Positions 49,866 to 62,154 of a stretch of 64,000 bases of DNA are shown piece after piece. The position numbers and the translations under genes were made by a program. The DNA lies in contig JARFYF010000007.1 of NCBI GenBank assembly GCA_030265395.1, positions 20,444,020 through 20,508,019 on the forward strand, given 5' to 3'. Positions within the stretch are counted from its first letter, which is position 1, and each line of letters starts with the position of its first letter. The notes beneath the pieces were generated by a model, which did not search any database, was not told where the DNA came from, and saw only the letters and a program-made list of their open reading frames with translations. Origin of the DNA: Rhina ancylostomus (lineage: Eukaryota).

Positions 49866-50369
49866 CCGTCCATTTAGCTTAACTTTTTGTAATATAAAAT
49901 CTCAACAAAAATGCTTCGATCATGAGCCTTGGAATTCTCTGCAGCTGCCTAGCGCTTGCAGAGTTAAGTACTTGTTAGTCCAGCAGCCTGCATCTGCCTA
50001 AACTAATGCAGCTCTCACCATGTAAATGTGATTAGCAGCCAAGGCAACATGTTTTCCACTGCAGCTGTAATCAGCAGTGAATGTGGACAGAGTTACCATG
50101 GTGAGGTGAGAGTTGCTGAGGGAACAGATGCTTGGGTATCTCTTTGAAGCCCCTGTTACTATTCACAATATCTCTACCAACCTGAAGGATAACAGACAGC
50201 TGTGAATAACTGCTCAAGACCACCATTTCTGTCCAATGAGGATCTTGAATTTTCATCTGGAAATCTAAAGAACCTATAAATTTATGGCAACAGCGACACC
50301 ATTAGTTTCTATTTGATCAAATAGTTTCTACACAAGACCACATTACCATTAGTCATTTGCCACTTTGTG

Positions 50370-50870
50370 CCCTTTTCAGGGACTTGAGATCATGGGTGAC
50401 TTGCTTCCACTTTGGTTTTGTGGGATCTGAGGTGTTGGAAAAGGCCAGTTTGAGAATTTCAGTCTCTTCCACAAATGGGACAGGAGGCTGATGAGGTGGG
50501 TGAGTGGGTAGTTTGTGAAAGGGTGTACTCCTTCCACTGTTTACTCTGGGCTTCAAGTCTACTCCTGATGCATGGACTTGATGGACTCAGTGCCATCCCA
50601 AGTGTTCCACCTGCACTTTGAGCAGTCGTGGGCTGGAGGTTCCCAGGAGGGAATGGGGAACTTTATCTAGGATGCTTCAGTGACATCCACCTGATGACAA
50701 AGGTCAGAATATTGTGTCTGGATTGGATGTCTGTTGCCAAGCATATGAAGGACAGATCTGCAGGCAGAGGGTAAATAGGGCCTCATTGCTGGGGATGTTG
50801 ACCTAAAAGAGGAAAATGATCTTGGTTCACTTATCCTTCCGGTGAATTTGGAGGATTTTGTGGAGACAGA
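50370..50870 (-). mobile_element. RTE LINE 3' end
   Basis: cctcattgctggggatgttgacctaaaagagg...cttatccttccggtgaatttggagg is the reverse-strand homologue of the RTE at 15760-15870. An RTE-like tail follows. Confidence 0.72.
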
Positions 50871-50934
50871 ATTGGTAATAGTTTTCCAATATCTTGAGTT
50901 GCCTTAAGTAGGAATACAAGGTCTCAGAGCATAT

Positions 50935-51350
50935 AGGAGGCCAGGGTCACTGCTGCCCTAGCAACCTATAGAATTTTGTGCCTCAGGCAACGTCAATAAA
51001 AGCAGATAATTTGGCTTTAGCTCACTGGTGTTTTTTGAACTGGAAGTAGCAATGGTCTGTGGAGAAACAATGGAAAGCCCGCTGATGTGATTTTCTTGCT
51101 TGAGTTACACCAAGAAAGCAGTGTAATGCTAGACAAAAGTATTCTTAAAGTGTTTCTTGGCTAAAAACACATGAATGGCCTATTGGTATTGATGACATGT
51201 TCTTGGCACTGGGACTGTTGCTCCTTCACCACAATGCTGGCTTGTTGTGAGCTCAAGTGGCCTTGCAATATCAAACAAGGCCAGTTCATTAAATATCCAC
51301 ACGGGGTACAGGGTGCAGTTGTCTCTACACACACTCATGTAGCTTGCTGC
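50935..51350 (+). mobile_element. Possible Harbinger transposase relic
   Basis: VTAAL...NF.ASGN and FIKYP.GVQGAVVSTHTHVA resemble KVTAALNF.ASGSFQ and FP.VQGAIDCTHV. Confidence 0.4.
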
Positions 51351-52519
51351 TGGTTAACACATAGGCCTAACAAACATTTATCAAACACCTTACACCAACA
51401 TGTCTCATCTTTTATCTCAGTGAAGGAGAAAAGTACAAACATTGCCATGAGTATATCTTGACCATGGCATATTCTCCTAAGTTTTGACCTTTGAAAGTGC
51501 TCTGAAAATTCTGGGAATGGCAACCAGTGAGTGTGGGGGAAGAAAAGTTTGGAGTCCTCCCAAGTGCAGCTGGTGATTGTAATTGCTCATTCCTTCACAT
51601 ACAGATATATATTGTACCACTGTGACATATGACTGTGTTATTCTTCATTGGCTTGGTAATCCAAATTTTAGATAACATTACATTGGCTCCTTGCAAACCT
51701 GAGAACTAATTAGTATTGAAAACAGTACCTCTAGTACTAATGGTCAGGATTACATGGGTCAGCATTATTCACTGGCATATCTTTATAGTTACCAGACATC
51801 TTTTGTTGCATAACGAATCTGCAAGCGTCATTCAGATCAATTAAGTAATAGGATTAAGTATTGAATAGTGCTATCTGAGCTGTGACCGTGTGACAGAATA
51901 TAACCGATAGGGGAATGATTACTCTCTATATAAGGATTTTTGTGAGTATAAATTACTATCCTTTTATGAATTACTGTTGAATATTAAATAAACTGTTGAA
52001 TATTGTCCTTGATTGATTCCCCCACATGTTTTAAGTTCAAATATTTGAAAGAATACCTTAAACTGAGGAAACTGAAAAGGGACCTTTACAGACATATAAT
52101 ATCATAGTCTGTGTGCAAAAGTAAATCTGAAGCATTTTTTTTCAAACTGAAACATGAGAGGGGCATTTAGGTTGAAAGCAGTAAAAGGCAAATTTATAGG
52201 TGATGCCAGTGCATGAATGATCAAGTGATGGAGACAGAGTTGCTTAAGATGTAGTCAGACACACTGTTCTGGAGGTGGAGTCAGCTGACTGGGGTAGACC
52301 CTGGGGCTTTTGCTTGTAGATTTATTTTGTGATGTGAATGCTTCTTTTGCTCCTGTTGCAGATACATCATGGTAAAACTGCATTTAAAATCAGCTGTTGC
52401 TCAATATTACTCAGTAAAAGAAGTTTGTTTTAAATGCAGTACATTGTGAATAGAGGTACTTCATCTATTTTATTTATTTTTGTTGGGGAAATCCTTTTAT
52501 TGCTAACTTCAGGGATATC

Positions 52520-52606
52520 TGATCAGAAAATGCTGGAAATACTCAGCAGGTCAGGCAGAGGGAAACAGAGCTAACATTTCAGGACTATGACCTTCCATTA
52601 GAACTG
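52520..52606 (-). mobile_element. Penelope pLTR 3' fragment with hammerhead-like motif
   Basis: The sequence is cagaaaatgctggaaatactcagcaggtcaggcag. The minus strand reads cagttctaatggaaggtcatagtcctgaaatgttagct. Confidence 0.75.
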
Positions 52607-54314
52607 ACCAGGTTTTCCCTTGAGATCTATCTAATTAAGGGAAAGTGCTTGGTAACGTGTACAAAGTGGTGATTGTCTTACAGTTGAAGGAAGCTAAAGA
52701 AACCCTTGTTTTGAGTTCATAAATGGGTTTCCACAATGTAAAGTAACCCTTACCATTTTATTACTGACCTCTGGAACAGCAGCAAAAACAACAATTTTCT
52801 GGCATTTCAATGACCCTTCTGTTGAAGTTCTGGGAATCAACGGGAGATTAGCCATGGACATTTATCCGCACTGTCACTCAGAAGAGCTCCAGCAATGTTT
52901 TATCTTCCGAAACCTTCTGCAGATGTTTGTGCAGTAGCCATTCATTTCATAGAGCACCACACATTTACATTACAGTATGAGAAGTCTCCATCACATCACT
53001 GCTAATAAATTACAAGTGTACTTCTGCATTTTAATTGTTAATACTCCAATTGGCTTTGGTTTAAAGGAAGTCATGAAGTCTTTAGTTATCTGTCAATTGC
53101 TAAAAGGCAGAGTTGGAAGGATGGGGAAGGAAGATCCTTTGTGAAAGAATTCCTTTGTTTGGGACTCCAGGTGGCTGTTAGTTGCTTCATTTGTTTTTCA
53201 GCACTTTCATCTGAACTTTACTAATAGATGGTGTGACACACCATTTAAGGATTCACTCTGTTCAGGTTGCTGTCTGTTCGCTCTATTGTGGAGTGTTCAC
53301 AAGATAGAAGCTGACCTTTAACTGGTGGAGACCCATGCCATAGCTTATACTTCATATGAGTTCCTTCCCATCCTTCCCCATCTAAGCTCATCAACTTCAG
53401 AACTTACTCTGAGAAAAAAACTCTTGATGAAAAAACCATACATGCTATGGTTTTCAGATGCAATGCCTTGAATTAATGGCAAGATGATGAAATATTATCA
53501 GCCAAACTTCTCTTTCAATCAGAAGCAATGTGTATTTTACATCAAAAATAGATTGAAGCATTATTTTCCTGAAATGTTCATTAAAAAATTCTAGGAGTGA
53601 AATACTGAAATTTAATTAAGCAATTTCTTTTTAAGCCACTGTGAAGGGCATAAACATGTACTAATTTTTTTCTGCCACATTGCATTAGTTCCATGTGAAT
53701 CTAAGGCAGGCAATTTTCAAAAACAACTTATACTTACAAATAAGAATGGTGAAAAGCATCATATCCACTAAATCAATGGGTTCAGAGGTCTCTAACAGTC
53801 ACCATTATACATTCATAATATGCATGTGTGGTCTATAAAAGGCACATATTGAATGACAGCCTGAATTGTTTGCTAAATGTCTCTGTGGAAGAGACCCACA
53901 GATTTGACTAAGCAAACCATAATATCACCAATTGTCTTTCTTCCATTTGTGGATATTGGCACAAATGCAGATTCCTTATTTACATAATTCAAATGGAGTT
54001 GAGCCAACAAAACAAAAATAGTGTTTTAACATTACATGTTTTTAAAGAGCTATTTAAAGCTCCTTTTTATGGTCAAGGCAGGGGGAATCGTATCTTATGG
54101 CAGATCCTGTAGAAGTGTCATTGTGATAGAAGCTGGATGCATGAAGGCAGACAGGGTCTGGGGGTGGGGAATGAAAGACATGCAAGCAATCAACATAATG
54201 TTGTGCTGGTTCTTCCCTTTAGTGAAATACTCAACAGGAGATACACACTAAACTTGTCTGTAGAGCCAGTGAGGTATTGCAGTGCTTGAAATGCCAGCAG
54301 GAAAATTCGCTAGC

Positions 54315-54564
54315 AGTCACAATGTTGATAGAGAGCAAACTCACAGAGAACCCAAATGCAGCACACTGATACAAGACTGGAGTCAGGATACTNNNNNNNN
54401 NNNNNNNNNNNNNNNNNNNNNNNNNNNNNNNNNNNNNNNNNNNNNNNNNNNNNNNNNNNNNNNNNNNNNNNNNNNNNNNNNNNNNNNNNNNNCATGGAAT
54501 CCATGTGCTGGACAACAAGGCATTAATGGAGCCAAATTGAGGGCCAGAACTCAGAACCATGACA
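54315..54564 (-). mobile_element. Solo LTR with 5-bp target-site duplication (gap inside)
   Basis: Termini agtcac...atgaca fit TG..CA with one substitution. The flanking duplication is ctagc at 54310-54314 and 54565-54569. Confidence 0.72.
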
Positions 54565-54769
54565 CTAGCTAAATTATTATCCAAAAATTATCCTGGATCC
54601 TTGATTGATGTTCAAGATTCCTATTTGGAAACCTTTTTGTACGAATAAAGATACAGAAGAGTTCCAGAGAAGCTTTCCTTCTCGTCTGCTTATACCAACC
54701 ACATCAGCCCATGCATTAAGAACACAGAGGTGGTGGAGGATGGTGGAGTGCTGTGGAATGACACCTCAG

Positions 54770-54862
54770 AAAGAATCAACAACAAACTGCTGGAGGGTCA
54801 GGCAGCATCTGTAGAGGGAAATGGGTAGTCGATGTTTTGGGTCGAAACCCTTCGTCTTGACT
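54770..54862 (-). mobile_element. Penelope pLTR 3' fragment with hammerhead-like motif
   Basis: The minus strand reads agtc-aagacga-a-gggtt-tc-gaccc-aaaac-atc-gact. Stems I and II are intact and the catalytic core is mutated. Confidence 0.78.
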
Positions 54863-55215
54863 AAATGAGTCAGTGTCTTCAAGAACAAAAAAAGTAACAG
54901 AATCAGTTGCCTACCGCCAAGTCTCTTTGAACTATCTGCTATTATACAGGCAAATGCCAATATGTTGAATGGAAAATATGCACAAGGTTTTCAAAGATAT
55001 TCAACTGAAATGAACTTTTCCTCCAGTTCTTAATAAATTGAAAAGCAATCCAGGCTTACCTATACAGATCTAAAATTCAAAATATAGTTTTTAAAAACTT
55101 GATTGCAGGATGTGAGTATTTCTGACGAGGCTGGAATCTGTTGTCCATTCTTCACCATCCTTGCATTCAGGAGGTAGCTGAGACTCAATCATATCATTGG
55201 GTCTGGTGTCACCTA

Positions 55216-55443
55216 AGAGGCTTGACAGCGTGGATGGGTTGATGTTTCCCCTGGCTGAGGTATCTAGAGCTCAGGGTCACATTCTCAAAATAAGGGGTTG
55301 ACAACTCAGGTCAGGGGTGAAAAGAAATATCTTCACCTGTTGAGTGGTGGACCTTTGGAATTTTCTAGGTAAGGGGTCTGTGGAGGTTCAGTCACTGAGT
55401 ATATTCAAGATGGAGATCAATAGATTTTTAGTTGTCAAGGAAA
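55216..55443 (+). mobile_element. CR1 3' fragment
   Basis: It encodes VVDLWNFLGKGSVEVQSLSIFKMEINRFL. Confidence 0.85.
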
Positions 55444-55667
55444 NNNNNNNNNNNNNNNNNNNNNNNNNNNNNNNNNNNNNNNNNNNNNNNNNNNNNNNNN
55501 NNNNNNNNNNNNNNNNNNNNNNNNNNNNNNNNNNNNNNNNNNNNNNNNNNNNNNNNNNNNNNNNNNNNNNNNNNNNNNNNNNNNNNNNNNNNNNNNNNNN
55601 NNNNNNNNNNNNNNNNNNNNNNNNNNNNNNNNNNNNNNNNNNNNNNNNNNNNNNNNNNNNNNNNNNN

Positions 55668-55985
55668 ACATACCACCAGGTTCAAGGACAGCTTCTATCC
55701 TGCTGTTATCAGACTCTTGAACAGACCTCTTAGATGGTAAAGATGTTGATCTCTTGACCTCTCAGTCTGCCTAGTCATGGCCTTTGCACTTTATCTGTCT
55801 ACCTGCGCTGCACTTTCTTTGCATTATATTCTATTATATATTATTATATTCTGCATTCTGTTTTTTTCCTTTTGTACCACCTCAATGTACTTATGTATGG
55901 TATGATCTGTCTGGATGGCATGCAAACAAAAGCTTTTTACTATATATCGGTACATGTGACAATAATAAACCAATTACCAACACTG
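55668..55985 (+). mobile_element. Rex1/Babar LINE 3' end
   Basis: TTRFKDSFYPAVIRLLN is followed by the tail ggtacatgtgacaataataaaccaattaccaa. Confidence 0.88.
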
Positions 55986-56542
55986 AATACCAGAGTAGGC
56001 ATGACGGGCTGCATTGTCTTGTGTCTCCGAGGTTTTATGATAACCTAGTGATTTCATAATCATCATAACAAATGGTAGGTTTTTAATCCTAGGTTTATTT
56101 AAATTCCCAGTTGCCTTTGTGGGATTTGAACTCACACCTCTTGATGAATGTTACAGGCTGCTGCAAACAAGTTTAGTAATTGAACCACTATGTTACCATA
56201 CCCACAGAGGAAGCAGGTTCAATGTTGCTTTCAAAAAGGAATAGGATAGTCAAAGGAGAAAGACTTGCAGGGACTACAGAGAGAACCTGAGCTCGGGGCT
56301 GGTTGGATTTCTCTTGCGACTAGGGCAATAAGACCTTCTCCCATTATGTAATGATTCTACCATTCTAATAGGTGCATTGCTTCATTTGTGCCGTAAAGCA
56401 CATCTGTTGTCTCCGGGGTAAGAATTATACCATTCTACAGTCCTTAGCTAGCGATAGTTTAATCAGTCATTATCCAATTTCTGCTACCACCATATTTCAT
56501 TGTTTGTTTCAATCTAGCTGATTTAACCAGTAGTCTTACATA

Positions 56543-56847
56543 TAAGACAAGATATCTTTATTAGTCATATGTACATCAAGACACACAGTGAAATGCATCT
56601 TTTGCATAGAGTGTTCTGGGGGCAGCCTGAACAGCGTGTCACCATGCTTCTGGCGCCAACATAGCATGCCTACAACTTCCTAACCTGTACGTCTTTGGAA
56701 TGTGGGAGGAAACTGGAGCACCCGGAGAAAACCCTCGCAGACATGGGGAAAACATACAAACTCCTTACAGACAACGGCTGGAATTGAACCCAGGTCGCTG
56801 GCACTATAATAGTGTTACGCTAACCGCTACACTTCTGTGCCTGCCCC
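56543..56847 (-). mobile_element. tRNA-derived V-core SINE with Rex1-like tail
   Basis: It is a full-length reverse-complement homologue of 27903-28193, with B-box ggaattgaacc and V core gtctttggaatgtgggaggaaac. Confidence 0.92.
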
Positions 56848-57429
56848 AAGTATGCTATTTCATCTGCTCTGTCTCCTTATTGAAAGAGTTATTCATATAT
56901 GTATTTCAATCTTCAATCAAATTGTGTTTTTCGCTAGAAAGTACCTGGATAAGCAATTTAATGTATATTTGGTTTCCCTGACAGACTCACCCAATTTATC
57001 TCCATCCAAATGATTGCTCATTTAGGCTTCTGGTTAGAATTTGTTCACAGTTAACAATATGTGCAGGATATTTCATTCCTACTGGTAATGTGATATACAA
57101 ATTCGCAATTCAGAGGAAATGAATGGTGAGTTATGAAGACAGAATTTCATTAAGTTCAAGCATATCATTGAAGATATTCATGCTGTATGTTGCAAATATA
57201 ATTAGAAAATCAAAATGCACTTTTATGATTGCACGTTTGGAGAATGAGAGAACATTTCTTTAATTCTCAGACTACACATCCTTTCTAAAGTATCCTGTTT
57301 CAATGAAGTCTCACATTGTTACTAACAATCAATATTCTCGCTGCTGTTTTATTGTCCATGGCTGCCAAAAGGGTCACTTGGACTCTCATACCCCATCCAC
57401 TTTTCCACTTTGTATGGTGAGCGCAAACG

Positions 57430-57562
57430 GACAGGCATTAGAGCACAAGGGAACTAAGGGAAATGGGAAGCAAGTAGGAAATCTGATGGGCAAATGATCA
57501 GCCATAATCTGATTAGAAGCCAGAGCAGGCTCGAGGGACTAAACCCTTTACTTCTGCTCCAA
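57430..57562 (+). mobile_element. CR1 3' tail
   Basis: gatcagccataatctgattagaagccagagcaggctcgagggactaaacccttacttctgctcc-like sequence matches CR1 tails. Confidence 0.7.
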
Positions 57563-58319
57563 GTCCAATAGGGCATTGTGGAACTGCAGCCACCTGTGGA
57601 TTGTACCAGATAATAGTGCAATGTTCCTTCCCTGGAGAGAATTGTTTATGTTTTACAGCCATCCATAATTTATCTGGTGCCACATCACAAAACTAATTCA
57701 ATTGCTCAATTTGAGTGGTGAGATTTAAACTCTTAGGCTACCATACATATTCACTGCTTGATAGCGATTTGTCTGAACACATTCACCTGAAGAGAAACAA
57801 AATCAGGTGACAAAATCCTTTCCTGTCATGCAATGGTTGTCAATATTCTTAACTACTCTAGTTAGAAATCAGACCATATCAGCCTTCAAAACATAATTTA
57901 ATAATGCAATGTGGTTCTGCAAATGAGAAAGGGCTCTTGTATCCAACAGTTTCTGCCAAATTATATCAATCACAGATATCTGATTACTTCAGGAGATTAC
58001 TAGTTGTTTGTTGTCATAGTTTTCTGCCACCTTACTCCTACAGCAGAAGGAAATATATCTTTGCTTTACATGGTGCTGCTTTGAATAGGCCTTTGACTGA
58101 CCTATTGTAAGTTTAACCTCAGCAGTAAATGGGTACCACAGGAGGGGGCAATGATAGTGGAATTGAGGAACAGGAGCTGAAACACCTTAAGCCTGATGTT
58201 CATTGTGCCATATGAACTGATATCAAACGTTATTTGCTGGAGAAATGTTCAGTGTTAAAATTAAGTCCTAGATTGTCTGAGGGGGAATTTTTTTGCCAAG
58301 TGTCCTCCTAAATGTAAGA

Positions 58320-58551
58320 TGGTTAATTGGTAATTGGTTTATTATTGCCACATGCACCAAGATACAATGAAAAACTTTGTTTTGCATACCACCCATGCAG
58401 ATAACTTCAAAACATAAGTACATCAAGTTAGTGCAAAGGGAAAACCAATAATAGAATGCAGAATATAGTGTTCCTGTTGCAGTTACAGGCAAAGTGCAGG
58501 GATAAGGCACAAGGGCCACAACAAGGTAGATTGTGCGACCAAGAGTTCATC
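58320..58551 (-). mobile_element. Rex1/Babar 3' UTR and tail
   Basis: It is the reverse-complement homologue of 55745-55985 (aattggtaattggtttattattgccacatgcacc). Confidence 0.82.
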
Positions 58552-59019
58552 AACCTTTAATCAAAGTTACCTTAATCCTTTACAGTTTTGAAGTTTCTTG
58601 GAACTTTGTGAATGAGATTCTTCTCTCTCTAATCCTGCAATGAACTTCTTTAGCATATCTGTGTATGGGCACACACAAACACAATAGAATTAATTAGTTG
58701 TATGGTGCTGCTAGTGCAGGCTATTCTCAATAAAAATCCAATGACTTTGGAAGAACAGGATAGAATATATAAATGCATTGCAGAGCCACGTGCTTTCTTT
58801 TGCACTATTATTCATAACATCCTAGAATTTAAGTTAAACAGGAAATTCACAAAATGGAAGTTCTTCTTTTTCCAATGGAAATTCTCATCCTGTTTCAAGA
58901 AGCTTTCTTACTACATCAGCAACTTGGCATACTGTACAACATTTTGAACTGAACTGTCTGTTTCATTGTTAAAGACTCTTTGAGGTTTCATTCTATGGGT
59001 GAAACTCATATTTTGTTTC

Positions 59020-59420
59020 TTCTGGGGGAAATAGAATACCTTATACTAATACAGTGCCTTGAACATGGTGAAACATCCTAAGTACTTCAAAGAAGTTTTA
59101 GCAAAATAAATTTACATCCTTTCAAGTAAGGATATATTCACTCTGGTGACCAAAAATTTGGTTAGCATGGTAGATTTTGAGGACACTGAGAAAGAGTAAA
59201 GAGATGAAATGGGCAAAAAGGTTTAGGGATGGAAATTTCAGAGCAGGAGTTTGACATCTGAGTGTGAGAACCTCAAATCAGACATGCTCAAGGTCAGAAA
59301 TAGAGGTACACAGAGGTGGGGGATGAGGTCTTGAGGGTATTAAAAATAGTTGACCTTGTTAAAATGGAAGCAATGTTTAATGGGAGCCATTGTTGGTCAG
59401 CAAGTAGAGGAAACAGGACT
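59020..59420 (-). mobile_element. L2 LINE 3' fragment
   Basis: ggtgaccaaaaatttggttagcatggtagattttgagg...ggtttagggatggaaatttcagagc is the reverse-strand homologue of 25590-25700. Confidence 0.62.
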
Positions 59421-59599
59421 TGGTGTATGAATGGCCATAGAAGATCACATGTCACTTGTGGTTTGGATATGACAGTGTATCTTTAAGAATTGAGGGTATC
59501 ATGTGGTTATGATTTTTGTAACAAACTCTGCAGTTGGTTGGGAGCTTACTGCCTTTGTTCTGTTGATAGATCTACATCTGTTATTTGCCTTTGTAAAAA

Positions 59600-59860
59600 G
59601 CTACATCAAAGAACCTACAAATTTTACAGCATCATTTAGAAGAAGATCAGGGAAATTATCCTTAATATCCTGGCCAATTTTTGTACCTTATTTCACATAA
59701 TTAAGTGTCTGCTCATGTTGTGGCTTGAGGAAGTTTGCCTTGCCCAGATTGGCTGCCATCTTTTCAACAACACAACAATGACTGCTTTTCAAAGCTATTT
59801 CATCCATTGTAAATCGCTTTGGGTATGCTAAAGTCACAAATGATCCTGTTTAAGTGCATT
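59600..59860 (+). mobile_element. Deu-domain SINE relic (SacSINE1/AmnSINE1-like)
   Basis: gaagaagatcagggaaattatccttaatatcctggccaattt...agattggctgccatcttttc...aatgactgcttttcaaag...tgtaaatcgctttggg resembles the Deu domain and an L2-type tail. Confidence 0.68.
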
Positions 59861-61199
59861 ATTTTGAAATTGGGATTGAAATGATTGAGCTGAGGGAGGA
59901 AAGCTGTGAAGTTAAGTCAATGTGCAAAATAGAATTGCACTTACTTTCACTCACTCTGGCCTTTCAAGTGGAATGGCTCTCACCTCCAGTTCCTTGGGTC
60001 CAAGGGATGCAGACTTGAATGGAAATGGTGGACAACTGGTCCAGACATTCCCTGCCAGATCTGGTCCTNNNNNNNNNNNNNNNNNNNNNNNNNNNNNNNN
60101 NNNNNNNNNNNNNNNNNNNNNNNNNNNNNNNNNNNNNNNNNNNNNNNNNNNNNNNNNNNNNNNNNNNNNNNNNNNNNNNNNNNNNNNNNNNNNNNNNNNN
60201 NNNNNNNNNNNNNNNNNNNNNNNNNNNNNNNNNNNNNNNNACCTTGTACAAAATTGCATGAACTTTCTGGTTTAGAATCTTGGTTTGATTAAAAAGAACA
60301 CAATTGGGTAAATGGTTTTCCAGTTTCAGCGTCTCCTTCTGTACCTTAGTGAGGGAATCACATGTGGATGAAAGACATTTAGAAGCAGGGAAATAACATA
60401 AGATAAGTGATTTAATTTCATATAAAGTATTTTGCACAGTGAGAAACATTTGTTTTATCAGAGGTACAAAACAAAATAAATTAATTATCATGCACATGTG
60501 CAAGTGTTTTATTCCCAGTAATAGCTACTTTCTCCTTCAGGAATGTTTATATTTAATTTTACGTATTTTAGAATGATGTGATAAAACTACCTGGCCTGCC
60601 TGTGTAAATGATACCATGGGCACAAGTATCAGAGCTGTAAAATAAGATCACCAGGAATATCAATTAGAAAAAATAGGCATGTACAAAGCATGTCTTTGAT
60701 ATTTTGGGAGCTATTATGTGCACATAAAGAGCTGTAAAATTTTATTGCAAGGATATTGATATGAGTTGACCAGATGCCCCTTTGTGCCTAGACATACATT
60801 TGTGCCTCTGTGCCAGTGACAGCTTAAATCATTCTGGGAGGAGGGAGGGGTGGGAGTCTGGGTGGGGCTCGTAGCCTCGCTGTTGTTGATCCTGTCCCAA
60901 TAATATGCACTTTAGTAAAAAACAACCACCTGAAATTTTCCCACGGCCATTTTTCTTGAGCGTAAACGAAAATGGATACCCTCAGTGACTCTCCTTCCCA
61001 GAGTGATTTTCCACTATAACAATTTGCCGAGGCTTGTAATCTGAATACATCTCATCTAGTTTCACCATAATTCCATCATTAATGGGAATTCAGATACTGG
61101 ATACATACAAAGGACGTGGAACCAGGCCTCATTGTTCATATCTTTATGAGGAACATCTGCCATGTTTTAAGCAATATCTATTGTCTGTCATTGAACAGT

Positions 61200-61830
61200 C
61201 TGCTGTTCAGTGAGCTTTGAAGGCACTGTGACACCAGGCTGTTAAATGCAGCACCCACCTGCATGAAGATCTATTTTTAGTGACACAGCAGTTGCATTTT
61301 GATGCAGTGGAAACCTTAGTGGTTGGCAAACACTGCTTAATGATCTTGGGTCGACTCATTTCGTACTTGCCTCTGACACATTTCACCTTCCACCTCTGGG
61401 AAGGTAACCACAGCTGTAAACTGAGCACCTGTCCGTCTCACTAGTGATGCTATAAACAAATTTGACCTGGCAGGCGAGACGTCAGTCGCCTGCCTAATGC
61501 TGCCAACTGCAAGATTCCGGCAGAGGGCTGGAATGATCCCATTGCGATGAAATTGAGAATACTGGTGACATTGACAGCAACTGGTAACACAATGACCGGC
61601 AGGCTCAACAGACAGCAGGGCATGTTTTGCTCAGCTACGTCTGTTAGTTGCCATCTGGCGCGAGACCCTGAGCCTCTTGAGGCACTGNNNNNNNNNNNNN
61701 NNNNNNNNNNNNNNNNNNNNNNNNNACATGATGTATGCTGGTGTGGCCTCCTATAATCAGACCGTTCCACTGATTTCCTCTTTTCTGTGCCATTAATGGC
61801 TAGGGCCCTGCCTGTTGTTGTTACTGACAC
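61200..61830 (-). mobile_element. PIF/Harbinger transposase pseudogene (HARBI1-like)
   Basis: Collinear motifs across frames are QCLKRLRVSRQM, VLPVAVNVTSILNFIAMGSFQPSAG, IRQATDV, FTAVVTFPEVEG and FANH*GFHCIKMQLLCH*K*IFMQVGA. There are multiple stops and frameshifts. Confidence 0.85.
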
Positions 61831-62154
61831 TCCTGCTGATGCTCACAGGCTTCCTTCTCTGAGTGTTTCAGCATGAATGACCATTAAGAGCTGCAAAATT
61901 CAGTTCACAGGTGGACATCTCCAAAGATTCCAACTCAGCTTTAAGGCTTACAAATGTATTTCAAAGGTTGCCTAAGCAACCTCTAAGCACAAGTTCTATG
62001 AGAGAAGTATTTCTCGGAGTTACTCAAAGAACAGCTGTGAAGTTGCACTTTTTGTCGATGGATTTCTCTCCAGCTTGTCGGTGCTTCTTCTCACCTCCAC
62101 TTGTAGGTTCCAGGAAGCTAATGGAACCCCTGTGCTCTCAGTTAAAGGTTCAGA

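Larger units (their letters stand above)
55105..56197 (-). mobile_element. tRNA-headed SINE-like element split by CR1 and Rex1 insertions
   Basis: The tail lies at 55105-55215. The head lies at 56030-56197 (aaattcccagttgcctttgtgggatttgaactc...aaccactatgttacc), which is the reverse complement of 13748-13850. Confidence 0.65.

Noticed and set aside
51973-52004. 13-bp direct repeat actgttgaatatt, plus short repeats at ~3847-3888 and (caagag)3 at ~41271
   Set aside because: These are ordinary local tandem duplications with no array or spacer structure and are not CRISPR-like.
61469-61662. 9-bp hairpin ggcaggcga/tcgcctgcc around a gacgtca CRE-like core, and a CTCF-like gcgccagatggcaac in CpG-rich sequence
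   Set aside because: Both fall within the Harbinger transposase relic (codons for IRQATDV and SRQMA), which explains the composition. There is no independent evidence of regulatory function.
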